A stretch of DNA of 64,000 bases, taken from the NCBI GenBank assembly GCA_038063815.1, contig JBBTUJ010000002.1, positions 6,511 through 70,510 on the forward strand. Reading direction: 5' to 3'. This DNA comes from Patescibacteria group bacterium (lineage in GTDB: Bacteria > Patescibacteriota > Minisyncoccia > Phycocordibacterales > EsbW-18). How positions within the stretch are numbered: position 1 is the first letter of the stretch; every line of letters starts with the position of its first letter. The notes under the pieces are model-generated. The model was not told the origin of the DNA. It did not search any database and saw nothing but the letters and a program-made list of their open reading frames with translations. Shown here in pieces: positions 48,491-58,119 of the stretch. Position numbers and translations under genes: made by a program.

Positions 48491-48577
48491 CCAACAACGA
48501 ACAACGAACAACGAACAACAGATAAGACAATAAAAACCTTCTTTGTGCAATAAAATAAGCCAGAAAAGGGTGCTATA

Positions 48578-50026
48578 ATGGCATTTCCTATGAAATTTTT
48601 AACGTGGATAAAAGCACATAAAATCCTTTCTATCCTTGCTGGTCTGCTTATTATCATCATTGGAGCAGGTCTTATTTTTGCTCGTGGAGGCGGAGGGGAC
48701 GAAGAAATTGTTCTCGTGGAAAGGCGAGATGTTATTGAGACCGTTCGGGTGTCAGGAACCGTTGAGGCGGAAATAGTATCCGATGTTGGATTCGAAGCAT
48801 CGGGTGTCATCCGAAACGTATATGTGAAAGTGAACGATACGGTACGACGGGGGACACGGCTCGCTGATCTTGGTATGGGCACGCTTCCCGCACAACTGCA
48901 ATCGGCTGAAGCTGCTCTTGCCATCAAGCGTGCGGAGAGCGCGAACACATCAATCAACTTGAGTGCGATAGAGGAAAAACACGATACGTTTGTGGCGAAC
49001 GCAGAGAGCGAACTCCTTTCCGATGATCTTATCGCAGAGGCGCACAGTAGCACCTATACCATGACACCACCTGTGATAAGTGGGCGTTACGAAGGTCCGC
49101 GGGGGACATACAAGATTCGCATCGACCGGGGCGTTTCAAATGAATATGATCTGTATGTGTTTGACATGGAAAATGTAGAGCCGGTTGAGATTAACAAAAC
49201 CGGTTCGACACCTCTTGGTGAACGTGGGCTTTTTATCAGTTTTCCCGACGGAATTTCGAGCTACGATGACACGACATGGTACATTACGACTCCTAATAAA
49301 AAAGGCAGCTCATATTCAGTGAACGTAAGTGCTTGGGAAGACGCTTTGGCTGAGCGAGAACGTGCACTTAAATCCGCAGAAGAAGAGATTCGTGCCCAAG
49401 GCGCAGGTAGCTCAATCGCTGAAGCACAGCTTCTTCAAGCAGAAGCAGAAGTCGCTCGCATACGGGCTCTCATGGCAGAACGTACGCTTGTAGCACCCTT
49501 CGACGGTATCGTAACTGCGGTTGAGATCGATCCGGGAGAAACAGCCGGCGTTGGCGATTCCGCGATGTCTCTTATCTCCACGACTGGTTTTGGGGTGGAA
49601 GTGGACCTTCCTGAGGTTGATAGTATTCGCGTCAGGTCTGGTAACCCTGCCGAGGTTGTTCTCGACGCTCTTCCTTCCGAACCATTCAGCGCGACAGTCG
49701 TTTCGGTGAACCGAACCGAGACAATCGTCGACGGTGTCTCGGTCTATGAAGCGCGTCTTGCGTTTGGTCTTGAAGATGAGCGGATTATTTCCGGTATGAC
49801 CGCAGATGTTACGATTACTGCGAACAAGAAAGAAAATGTACTCGCACTTCCTGCGCGAGCACTCAAACTCAGTCCCGATGGATCATTCTTTGTGAATGTA
49901 TACAACGGCGATACAAAAGAAATAACCGAAACGCCTGTTACGACCGGTCTTCGTGGAGGAGATGGGTTTGTCGAAATAATCGCGGGACTTGGCGAAGGGG
50001 TGCGGATAGTGGTATCCCACGAATAA
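48578..50026 (+). CDS. Efflux periplasmic adaptor (HlyD/MacA-like membrane fusion protein)
   Basis: N-terminal TM, coiled-coil hairpin, beta-barrel and lipoyl-like segments. Confidence 0.7.
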   Translation: MAFPMKFLTWIKAHKILSILAGLLIIIIGAGLIFARGGGGDEEIVLVERRDVIETVRVSGTVEAEIVSDVGFEASGVIRNVYVKVNDTVRRGTRLADLGMGTLPAQLQSAEAALAIKRAESANTSINLSAIEEKHDTFVANAESELLSDDLIAEAHSSTYTMTPPVISGRYEGPRGTYKIRIDRGVSNEYDLYVFDMENVEPVEINKTGSTPLGERGLFISFPDGISSYDDTTWYITTPNKKGSSYSVNVSAWEDALAERERALKSAEEEIRAQGAGSSIAEAQLLQAEAEVARIRALMAERTLVAPFDGIVTAVEIDPGETAGVGDSAMSLISTTGFGVEVDLPEVDSIRVRSGNPAEVVLDALPSEPFSATVVSVNRTETIVDGVSVYEARLAFGLEDERIISGMTADVTITANKKENVLALPARALKLSPDGSFFVNVYNGDTKEITETPVTTGLRGGDGFVEIIAGLGEGVRIVVSHE

Positions 50027-50029
50027 TTT

Positions 50030-51292
50030 TTGTATATGAAAGACGCACTGCGTGTAGGGCTCATGCTCGGCTGGAAACAGCTACGGCACGCGAGTATCTG
50101 GACGACGATGCTCATCACCTTCGTCATGATGTTGACGTTTTTGAACCTGGTTGCCGTCTCCGGTATTCTCGTCGGACTCATCGAGGGGTCGGTCAAGGCA
50201 TACAGCGATCAGTTCACGGGAGATATTTTTATTACGACGCTTCAGGGTGAGAAGCACATCGAGAAGTCGGGTGATTTGCTCTCGACGATGGCGACCATCC
50301 CCGGCGTTGATGCTTACACAGCCCGCTACACTGAAGGGGTAACAATTGAAGCAAATTATCGCGAACGCCGCGATCCAAAAGCACTCCGCGACACTGTTGG
50401 TACCACAATCGTAGGGCTTGATCCCGAGGCAGAAGAGGTGGTGACGAATCTCTCGCGGCATCTTGTTGAGGGAGAATATCTCACTCCAAATGACGCAAGC
50501 TACGTCATGCTCGGGGCAACACTGCTTGAACAGTACTCACCACTCGGGCAAGGGGATGATGTCGGATTCCCGACGCTCTCGGATGTTCATCCAGGGACAC
50601 GGGTTCGTGTCACTGTGGGAGACGCAACGAAGGAATATATTGTGAAGGGGATTCTAAAGACGAAGGTGGATGAGATTTCGCGTCGTATTTTTGTTACCGA
50701 CAGCGAATTTGTTCGTCTTGCGGGACGCACGAATTTGAACGTGAACGAGATGGCGATTCGTGTTGAAAAGGACACTCCCGCTTCACGGGTTAAACAATCA
50801 CTCATCGCGAGTGGTGCTTCTGAATATGCGCTCGTCCGCCTTTCCCGCGAAGGTCTGCCAAAGTTCTTAATCGATGTCATGAATACATTCGCGCTCCTCG
50901 GGAACGGCATTAGCTCGATTGGTCTCGTTGTCTCATCGATTACGATTTTTATCGTTGTGTTCGTGAATGCGATCACGAGGCGGAAGTACATCGGAATCCT
51001 GAAAGGTATTGGTGTACGTGCGTCCGCGATCGAACTCTCATATGTCTTTCAGTCGCTTCTCTATGTTCTCGCCGGCTCCGCTCTCGCGCTTATCATTATT
51101 TATGGGCTCCTTGTTCCTTTTTTCAATTCGCACCCCATCGATTTCCCATTTTCTGATGGCATTCTGGTGGCACCGCTTGGAAGTACTCTCATCAAACTCG
51201 TAATCCTCATTGTTGCAACGGTCATCGCTGGGTACATTCCTGCGTGGATGATTATCAAACGCAATACGCTTGACTCGATTTTAGGACGCTAA
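50030..51292 (+). CDS. ABC transporter permease, FtsX/MacB-like
   Basis: TM helix, large periplasmic domain, then three C-terminal TM helices. Confidence 0.75.
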   Translation: MYMKDALRVGLMLGWKQLRHASIWTTMLITFVMMLTFLNLVAVSGILVGLIEGSVKAYSDQFTGDIFITTLQGEKHIEKSGDLLSTMATIPGVDAYTARYTEGVTIEANYRERRDPKALRDTVGTTIVGLDPEAEEVVTNLSRHLVEGEYLTPNDASYVMLGATLLEQYSPLGQGDDVGFPTLSDVHPGTRVRVTVGDATKEYIVKGILKTKVDEISRRIFVTDSEFVRLAGRTNLNVNEMAIRVEKDTPASRVKQSLIASGASEYALVRLSREGLPKFLIDVMNTFALLGNGISSIGLVVSSITIFIVVFVNAITRRKYIGILKGIGVRASAIELSYVFQSLLYVLAGSALALIIIYGLLVPFFNSHPIDFPFSDGILVAPLGSTLIKLVILIVATVIAGYIPAWMIIKRNTLDSILGR

Positions 51293-51296
51293 CTCT

Positions 51297-51995
51297 ATGA
51301 TCGAAGTAAAAAATCTTGTAAAGAATTATGGAAAAGGAGACGTGGTGACGCACGTTCTCCGCAACATAAACCTCCGTATCAAAGCCGGGGAATTCGTTGC
51401 AATCATGGGAAAATCGGGTGCAGGCAAATCGACGCTCATGTACCAAATGAGTTTACTTGATGTACCAACATCAGGGACGGTGACATTGGATGGTATTGAG
51501 ACCGCAGGGCTCTCCGAGGCAGATCGAACACTTTTTCGCTTAAACCGCCTCGGATACATCTTCCAGGACTACGCTCTTTTGCCGGAACTTTCTGCTGCTG
51601 AAAATGTTATGGTGCCACTTCTTATGACAGGAATGTCGCGCGCAGAAGGAATGACAAAAGCAATGAGGGCGCTTGATGCGGTTGGGCTTGGCCATCGTCT
51701 CGACAATCGTCCTGCACAACTCTCCGGTGGCGAACAGCAAAGGGTCTCGATTGCGCGCGCGATCGCGGAGAAGCCGGACATCCTTTTTGCCGACGAGCCA
51801 ACGGCGAACCTGGATTCCGTCTCCGGCGAAGCGGTCATAAAAGTTATGCAGGAGTTGCATCAAAAACAAGGACAGACGATCGTTATGGTCACCCATGAAG
51901 ATGAATATGCCGCAGCTGCGGACCGCATCATCCACCTTGAAGATGGTGTCATTGTGAGCGATACAACGGTCAATGGGCGCGAGGGAGCGAAATAG
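51297..51995 (+). CDS. ABC transporter ATP-binding protein (MacB/LolD-type)
   Basis: Walker A GKSGAGKST, signature LSGGEQQR, Walker B ILFADEPT. Confidence 0.85.
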   Translation: MIEVKNLVKNYGKGDVVTHVLRNINLRIKAGEFVAIMGKSGAGKSTLMYQMSLLDVPTSGTVTLDGIETAGLSEADRTLFRLNRLGYIFQDYALLPELSAAENVMVPLLMTGMSRAEGMTKAMRALDAVGLGHRLDNRPAQLSGGEQQRVSIARAIAEKPDILFADEPTANLDSVSGEAVIKVMQELHQKQGQTIVMVTHEDEYAAAADRIIHLEDGVIVSDTTVNGREGAK

Positions 51996-52695
51996 TCACT
52001 TTTGTCCCAACGCCCGGTTTACTTGCAAGTGTTAGCCGTCCGTTATGTTGTTGTGCGATAGCTGCTGCAATTGGAAGTCCCAGTCCTGAGCCCGGGATGG
52101 TGTATCGGACCATCTCGCTCCGATATAAGGGCTCGAGAACCCTTTTGTGTTCGTGTGAGGGAATACCGATACCATTGTCTTCAACAACAACCACACACCG
52201 TTGTGGTGTAGCGGAGAGCGTAAGCGCAATCATGCGATTTCCCGCCTGCTGATGCATATATTTAATACTGTTCTCGACGAGCGTCATCAAAAGTTCTTCA
52301 ATCTGATGCGGTACGGCGCATATCATTACATTCGGTGTTGTATGAACCGTAACGCTTATGCCGTGTGTGAGCGCTTCATCTTGGATATACCGCGATACAT
52401 TTTTTACGATACAGCTCGCACACACTTTTTTTCGCGTCTGTTTTTCTTTTTCATCTACAAGTCGCCGGAGACGCAGTGCGTCATAGACAAGCAAGGACAT
52501 ATTCTCAAGAACACTCTCGCATACGATGAGACGTTCCTGATTAGGAACGTCTTTCTTTAAAAGTGAAATCTCACCTTTGACGATGGTGAGCGGTGTTTGC
52601 AAACTATGCGCGATCGTCCCAAGAACAACAGCGCACTCTTTGCACATGCATGCATTCGAAGTCGTGGTTGGCTGTGTCTCCGAAGCGTCTCTCAT
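51970..52695 (-). CDS. Cytoplasmic sensor histidine kinase (no TM segments)
   Basis: H-box AHSLQTPLT, HATPase_c motifs (ENSIKY, DNGIGI, GSGLGL). The 3-prime end overlaps the convergent ABC ATPase by 26 nt. Confidence 0.75.
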   Translation of the reverse strand: MRDASETQPTTTSNACMCKECAVVLGTIAHSLQTPLTIVKGEISLLKKDVPNQERLIVCESVLENMSLLVYDALRLRRLVDEKEKQTRKKVCASCIVKNVSRYIQDEALTHGISVTVHTTPNVMICAVPHQIEELLMTLVENSIKYMHQQAGNRMIALTLSATPQRCVVVVEDNGIGIPSHEHKRVLEPLYRSEMVRYTIPGSGLGLPIAAAIAQQHNGRLTLASKPGVGTKVTISLPRAH

Positions 52696-52700
52696 GGTGG

Positions 52701-53375
52701 TTATGGTACTGCCGCTATCTTATATCCTGATCCTGGTACGGTATGAATGAGCTTGCGTGTTCGGGTACGTTCGATTTTCCGTCGCAAGGTCATCACGTGT
52801 GCTTCGATCGTATTTGAGAACGGATCAACTGACATGTCCCACACGTGCTCCAAGATCTTTGCGCGGGAAACGACCGCATCTCTATTTCGCATAAGATATT
52901 CAAGGAGCATATATTCTTTCTTCGTGAGCAAAATACGTTTTCCAGCACGCTCCACCTTTTGTTCACGTGTCGAAAGAGTAAGATCGTCAATCGAAAGTGT
53001 GTCACCTTGAATCCCGTGTGGACGACGCAAAAGCGCACGTGCTCGTGCGCGAACTTCGTCGAGACAAAACGGCTTTGTGAGGTAGTCATCAGCACCAGCA
53101 TTCAAAAGGTTGATCTTTGTTGTTGTATCGCCACGGACGGAGAGAGACAAGATGGGTGTCATCGTTCCATGTGCGCGGATATCCTTACACACAAAAAGGC
53201 CCTCCTTTTTGGGGAGGACGTTATCAAGGATGATAAGGTCGTATTCGTTGGTCTTGGCGAGAAAGGCACCTCGCTCGCCATCTTCGGCGGTTTCGACTAT
53301 GAGACACTCGCATTCGAGGCCTTTTTTGAGGACTTCTGCGATGTCTGGGTTATCTTCTATAACGAGTGCGCGCAT
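52701..53375 (-). CDS. OmpR-family response regulator
   Basis: Receiver (ALVIEDN ... LILDNVLP) plus a winged-helix C-terminus (GYKI). Start set at MRALVIEDN. Confidence 0.85.
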   Translation of the reverse strand: MRALVIEDNPDIAEVLKKGLECECLIVETAEDGERGAFLAKTNEYDLIILDNVLPKKEGLFVCKDIRAHGTMTPILSLSVRGDTTTKINLLNAGADDYLTKPFCLDEVRARARALLRRPHGIQGDTLSIDDLTLSTREQKVERAGKRILLTKKEYMLLEYLMRNRDAVVSRAKILEHVWDMSVDPFSNTIEAHVMTLRRKIERTRTRKLIHTVPGSGYKIAAVP

Positions 53376-53495
53376 ATCCCTTTGTGCGGTCTTTATACTC
53401 CTCGTTTTTTGACTTGTAAAGGACGACTTCATAAAGATTTTATCTTGGGTTTTGAGATGGCTCTGCCCTCAAATGCAGGTTAAAATGAAGGCGTA

Positions 53496-54773
53496 ATGGC
53501 TGAAAAAACAAAAAAGCACCACGTGATCATTGTCGGTATGGGTTTTGCAGGGTACCAAGCGTATCGGACGCTCCATGATCTTTTGCGGGAAGAAGACAAT
53601 GTTGAAATCACCGCGATCGACAGCAGTGATTCATTTGTGTTCATCCCGATGATCCACGAAGTTGCAACAGGGCTTTTGATGCCTGACTCAATCACGCACC
53701 ACCTTCGAGATACACCCCAACGGTTTGCACGAGACATAATCGAGGGCAAGGTTCTTTCTCTTGATGCTGATGCAAAAACACTTACGATCGCGCGGGCGGA
53801 AGGATTTACCGACACCCTTTCCTACGACACGCTTGTCCTTGCGATGGGGTCCCGGATTAATTTCTTCGGTGTTCCTGGAGCAGAGGAACACGCGTTTCCT
53901 CTGAACACACTTCCTGATGCGAAGAAAATAAAGAATCGCTTGATTGAGATGTTTGATATGGCGGATGCAACAACGGATCCTGCGGAGAGGAAAGAACTAC
54001 TTCGGTTTGTTGTTGTCGGTGCAGGTGCAACGGGAGTTGAGCTTACGGGGGAAATTGCGGACGCACTTTCAAAGGAATTGCGGGATCTTTTTCCTCATCT
54101 CCACGAGCACGCGGAAGTGGTGCTTATTGATCGCGGGACACAACTTCTTTCTCAAATGGACGAATGGTTTGGAGAGAAGGTGATGCGCATTCTTGAGAAA
54201 AAAAAGAACGTGAAGATCATTCTCGAAGCGGGGGCAGAAAAAATCATTCCCGAAGGAATTACAACAAACAAGGGGTTTTTTGCATCGCGTACTGTTCTGT
54301 GGTGCGCAGGTATTGTTTCTACCTCTCTCCCCATGTCTTCTGCCCAAACGATTCCTATAGATGAACGGACAAAACGAATTATTGTGACCCCCGAACTTTT
54401 TGTAGAAACCAAACCAGATATCTTTGTTGTTGGAGACCAAGCAGAGATTGTGAATCCCAAAACAGGGAAGCCATACGGCATGCGTGCCCAGTTTGCCGTT
54501 CGCGAGGGACGAACTGCGGCGAGGAACATTATTGCGCGACTTCGAGGAAAACGGCTCTCGTCGTTCTCGTGGCAAGAGCACGGAATCATTTTGTCACTTG
54601 GGCGAGGCGGTGCGCTCGCAAAAGTCTTTGGGTTCAAATTCTCTGGATTTATTGCATGGCTCATATTTCACACCGCATACCTGACCGCGCTTGTCGGCGT
54701 TCGTGCAAAATGTCGCACCGCGCTTGAATGGGTGCTTGACCTTTTCTCTCCGCGTGATTTTTCGAAGGTGTAA
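53496..54773 (+). CDS. ndh: Type II NADH dehydrogenase (NDH-2)-like FAD/NAD(P)-binding oxidoreductase
   Basis: Two Rossmann motifs (VIIVGMGFAG, VVGAGATGVE) and a C-terminal membrane-association segment. Confidence 0.8.
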   Translation: MAEKTKKHHVIIVGMGFAGYQAYRTLHDLLREEDNVEITAIDSSDSFVFIPMIHEVATGLLMPDSITHHLRDTPQRFARDIIEGKVLSLDADAKTLTIARAEGFTDTLSYDTLVLAMGSRINFFGVPGAEEHAFPLNTLPDAKKIKNRLIEMFDMADATTDPAERKELLRFVVVGAGATGVELTGEIADALSKELRDLFPHLHEHAEVVLIDRGTQLLSQMDEWFGEKVMRILEKKKNVKIILEAGAEKIIPEGITTNKGFFASRTVLWCAGIVSTSLPMSSAQTIPIDERTKRIIVTPELFVETKPDIFVVGDQAEIVNPKTGKPYGMRAQFAVREGRTAARNIIARLRGKRLSSFSWQEHGIILSLGRGGALAKVFGFKFSGFIAWLIFHTAYLTALVGVRAKCRTALEWVLDLFSPRDFSKV

Positions 54774-54829
54774 GAGGGCAATTTTTGTGGTAAAATCTTT
54801 GCAGAGCAGTTTTTCGAAGGAGGTTGCTT

Positions 54830-55186
54830 GTGACGACTCGAATACGGAAGTATCGCTGGTTCGTGGGGACTTCGCATCCCGAAGCGAACCGACACATCGG
54901 TAATGAGCTTGCTGCACAGGGTCTCGTTGTACAGTCGGAGATGCGCGAGACGCTGTGCGCCGACAGTATCCGACGCGATCTGTGGGAGATCGCATCGTAC
55001 AAGCTCGTTGTCGCGTTTCAACGGGGACCACTGGGTCGAACGATGGAGGTTTTTCGCGCTGAGGGAGGTGGCCGTCCTGCCGCGTGGCCTCCCGTAGCTC
55101 GTACGATTGGAGGATCGGTGCGGGCCAATCTTCCGCCCGTTCATCGTGGGACCTCACATCTTCCTCCCCCTCGTCCTCGGGGCTAA
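54830..55186 (+). CDS. Hypothetical protein (118 aa) in a GC-rich insert, GTG start
   Basis: GAAGGAGG SD 6 nt upstream of the GTG, followed by a strong terminator. No domain recognised. Confidence 0.4.
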   Translation: MTTRIRKYRWFVGTSHPEANRHIGNELAAQGLVVQSEMRETLCADSIRRDLWEIASYKLVVAFQRGPLGRTMEVFRAEGGGRPAAWPPVARTIGGSVRANLPPVHRGTSHLPPPRPRG

Positions 55187-55199
55187 ACGCCCCTCATGT

Positions 55200-55238
55200 G
55201 GGCCGGCGCGTGTTGCGCCGGCCCGCTTTTCTTTTCTG
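55200..55238 (+). terminator. Rho-independent terminator (gggccggcgc-gtgtt-gcgccggccc + gcttttcttttctg)
   Basis: 10-bp GC stem plus a U tract. Confidence 0.55.
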
Positions 55239-55241
55239 TGT

Positions 55242-55279
55242 ACCCGGGCACTAATTCTCCAAAAAGTTAGTGCCCGGGT
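55242..55279. promoter_or_regulatory. Perfect 13-bp inverted repeat ACCCGGGCACTAA-N12-TTAGTGCCCGGGT, 12 nt upstream of the uvrB ATG
   Basis: Seen directly. Operator-like. It is not a CTGT-N8-ACAG or GAAC-N4-GTTC LexA box. Confidence 0.35.
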
Positions 55280-55290
55280 ATACTACGCAT

Positions 55291-57336
55291 ATGTCAGTTT
55301 TTAACCTCAAGAGCGAGTTTGAACCCGCGGGTGATCAACCCAAGGCGATCGAGGCCTTGACCACAGGACTTCAAGCAGGGAAGCGTCATCAAACGCTCGT
55401 GGGTGTCACGGGTTCTGGTAAGACGTTTACTGCGGCGCACGTGATCGCGAATACGGATAAACCGACGCTTGTTATCGCACACAACAAAACACTTGCGGCA
55501 CAACTAGCACAGGAGTACCGAGAGTTCTTTCCTGACGCGGCGGTACACTATTTTGTCTCATACTACGACTACTATCAGCCGGAAGCATACGTTCCTGTTA
55601 CGGACACGTATATCGAAAAAGAAGCGCAGATCAACGAAGAGATCGATCGTCTGCGCCACGCGGCAACGCAGGCACTTCTGACCAGAAAAGACGTTATCGT
55701 TGTCGCGTCGGTTTCATGTATCTACGGTTTGGGTTCTCCTGAAGAATATGAAAAAGTGCATTTGAAACTTGCGGTGGGTGATACAAAGGGTCGTGCCGAT
55801 CTTATTCGTGAACTCATCCGTATCTACTTTGAGAGAAGTACAACAGATCTCTCGCCGGGACAGTTCCGCGCCGTGGGGAGTGTCGTTGAGATTATGCCGG
55901 TCAACGAACGGGTGGTGTATCGGATCGATTGTACGAATGACACCATCACAAATATCCAGGTTCTTGATCCTGTCTCGTTCATGATTAAAAAAGAAGTCGA
56001 GACGCTTTTCATGTTTCCCGCAAAACACTTCGTTTCAAGCGACGAGCAGATCAAGAGCGCCCTTGTTTCGATCAAAGAAGAAATGGAGAAACAAATCGAG
56101 AAACTGAAGAGGGAAGGGAAGGAACTTGAGGCAGAACGTCTGAAACGCCGTACGACATATGACCTCGCGATGATCCGCGAAGTCGGATACGTGACGGGAA
56201 TCGAGAATTACTCGCGCCATTTCGACGGACGTGCGCCGGGAGAGCCACCGTACACACTCCTTGACTACTTTCCGAAGAAAAAAGATGGTACACCTGATTT
56301 TTTGACGGTTATTGACGAGTCGCACGTGACAATCCCCCAGATTGGCGGTATGTATGCGGGCGATCGCTCACGAAAAGAAACGCTTGTTGATCACGGATTT
56401 CGTCTTCCCTCGGCGATCGACAACAGACCACTTATGTTCGAAGAATTCGAAGCACGAGTGGGACAGGTCGTCTACACAACAGCAACACCTGGGCCATATG
56501 AACTCGAGAAAAGTAAGGCAGAAAAAGAAGGAGTATTGGTCGAACAAATCATCCGTCCCACAGGGCTCATCGACCCTGAGGTCATCGTGCGGCCAATCAT
56601 GAGCACTGCGGAATATGAAGGGCAGGTGCAGGATTTCATAAAAGAATCGGAAATGGTTATCAAGCGTGGCGGGCGCGTTCTTGCGACAACACTCACCAAA
56701 CGGATGGCGGAGGATCTTGCAGAGTTTCTCATTGCTCGTGGTGTGAAGGCGGTCTATCTTCACAGTGACATCAAGACAATCGAACGCATCGAAATCCTGA
56801 CGAATTTCCGAAAAGGCGAATTCGATATGATTGTCGGCGTGAACCTCCTACGTGAAGGACTCGATCTCCCTGAAGTCGAACTCATTGGTATTCTTGACGC
56901 TGACAAGGAAGGATTTCTCCGTTCCGAAACAGCTCTCATCCAGACGATCGGCCGCGCAGCGCGCAATATCCTCGGGCGTGTCATTCTCTACGCCGATGTT
57001 ATGACCGGTTCGATGGAGAGGGCAATCGGGGAGACGAATCGACGTCGCGCAATCCAGGTCGCACACAACACGAAGCACGGAATCACGCCGCAGACGATCA
57101 AAAAGAAGATCTCCGACATCACCGACCAACTCATGAAAGATCATGACAAGGCGGTCGAACTCGATCTCTCAATGGTCCTCGCAAACGGAAAGAAACCTGC
57201 TGATATAAAACGAGTCATTAAAATAAAAGAAGGGGAAATGAGCGCGGCGGTCAAGGTTCTTGATTTCGAAACTGCAGCGATAATCCGCGACGAAATTAAA
57301 AAACTCGAAGGGATGCTTACGAAGAAAAAGGAATAG
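55291..57336 (+). CDS. uvrB: Excinuclease ABC subunit B
   Basis: Helicase motifs GVTGSGKT, DESHVT, beta-hairpin region, C-terminal UVR domain. Start set at MSVFNLKSEF. Confidence 0.95.
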   Translation: MSVFNLKSEFEPAGDQPKAIEALTTGLQAGKRHQTLVGVTGSGKTFTAAHVIANTDKPTLVIAHNKTLAAQLAQEYREFFPDAAVHYFVSYYDYYQPEAYVPVTDTYIEKEAQINEEIDRLRHAATQALLTRKDVIVVASVSCIYGLGSPEEYEKVHLKLAVGDTKGRADLIRELIRIYFERSTTDLSPGQFRAVGSVVEIMPVNERVVYRIDCTNDTITNIQVLDPVSFMIKKEVETLFMFPAKHFVSSDEQIKSALVSIKEEMEKQIEKLKREGKELEAERLKRRTTYDLAMIREVGYVTGIENYSRHFDGRAPGEPPYTLLDYFPKKKDGTPDFLTVIDESHVTIPQIGGMYAGDRSRKETLVDHGFRLPSAIDNRPLMFEEFEARVGQVVYTTATPGPYELEKSKAEKEGVLVEQIIRPTGLIDPEVIVRPIMSTAEYEGQVQDFIKESEMVIKRGGRVLATTLTKRMAEDLAEFLIARGVKAVYLHSDIKTIERIEILTNFRKGEFDMIVGVNLLREGLDLPEVELIGILDADKEGFLRSETALIQTIGRAARNILGRVILYADVMTGSMERAIGETNRRRAIQVAHNTKHGITPQTIKKKISDITDQLMKDHDKAVELDLSMVLANGKKPADIKRVIKIKEGEMSAAVKVLDFETAAIIRDEIKKLEGMLTKKKE

Positions 57337-57348
57337 AAAATCAAAACC

Positions 57349-57388
57349 CCCGTCCTGCCGATCTAAAATAGCATCGGTTGAGGACGGG
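57349..57388. terminator. Hairpin cccgtcct...aggacggg with a U-rich run on the minus strand; terminator for the 57456..57881 gene
   Basis: Seen directly. Confidence 0.45.
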
Positions 57389-57455
57389 AGCGCTTCACAC
57401 AAGCCCGAGGGTTCAAGGATTCGAAAATCCGAGAGAACCGAGGGCTCAGGTGAAG

Positions 57456-57881
57456 TTACTGCAGCTCGAGGCGGACGAGCCGAAAGTACCGGCCGAAGGC
57501 GCGGCCGAGCCAGAAGAACTTGAGGTACCACGCGCCGCAGCCCCAGATGAGACACGTGACGCGTCGGCCGCTGTCCTCCGGACGCCGCCAGATTGTTCCC
57601 GTGAAGACGAGCGCGAACTGGCGGTATTCCTCCGGTATGTCCTTCTGCTGGCCGAGCAGTTGCTCGGCGTGGCGCTGACCCGTGGTGCCGTCGAGCGCCG
57701 TGGCTCGCGTCACCATCTCCTCGCCGCCGACGTACTCCTCGCCGTCGCGGAGGAACTCCGCGAGCGTGAGAACGGGCTCACCGACGAGCGGTTCGTCCTC
57801 GAGCAACTCCCATCCTTCTTTGCGCTTGTCGTTGGCGAACCCGGTCAGGGGCGTCAACTTAACTGTTGGATACGTCTGCAT
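57456..57881 (-). CDS. Hypothetical protein (141 aa) with strongly GC3-biased codons
   Basis: AAGGAGAAG SD 5 nt upstream of the ATG (MQTYPTVK...). Codons ctc/gag/gac/ggc dominate, unlike the flanking uvrB and uvrA. Confidence 0.5.
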   Translation of the reverse strand: MQTYPTVKLTPLTGFANDKRKEGWELLEDEPLVGEPVLTLAEFLRDGEEYVGGEEMVTRATALDGTTGQRHAEQLLGQQKDIPEEYRQFALVFTGTIWRRPEDSGRRVTCLIWGCGAWYLKFFWLGRAFGRYFRLVRLELQ

Positions 57882-57926
57882 GGTCTTCTCCTTGGTCAGA
57901 AAGCAGTTTTTGTGCTTCAAAATCGG

Positions 57927-57977
57927 AAATCCCAGCCCTTAACATGTCTTAGATTGACATCCTAAGGGCTGGAATTT
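57927..57977. promoter_or_regulatory. Perfect 15-bp inverted repeat AAATCCCAGCCCTTA-N21-TAAGGGCTGGGATTT in the divergent region between the GC-rich gene and uvrA
   Basis: Seen directly. The spacer contains TTGACA. Confidence 0.3.
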
Positions 57978-58119
57978 CTTTGAGTAACTTCACAATGTGT
58001 TAAAGAACGTATGAATATATTATAGCATACCTTGTGCATGAAGGTCAAGGGTGTTGAGGGAGAGGTGTGTTATGCTGTCTCTACACCCCCCGCACAAAAA
58101 GCGTGGGGCACATTCTCGT

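Noticed and set aside
57378-57965. 195-aa plus-strand ORF antisense to the 57456..57881 gene
   Set aside because: Only the minus-strand frame shows GC3 enrichment and a properly spaced SD. The plus-strand ORF is a by-product of high GC.
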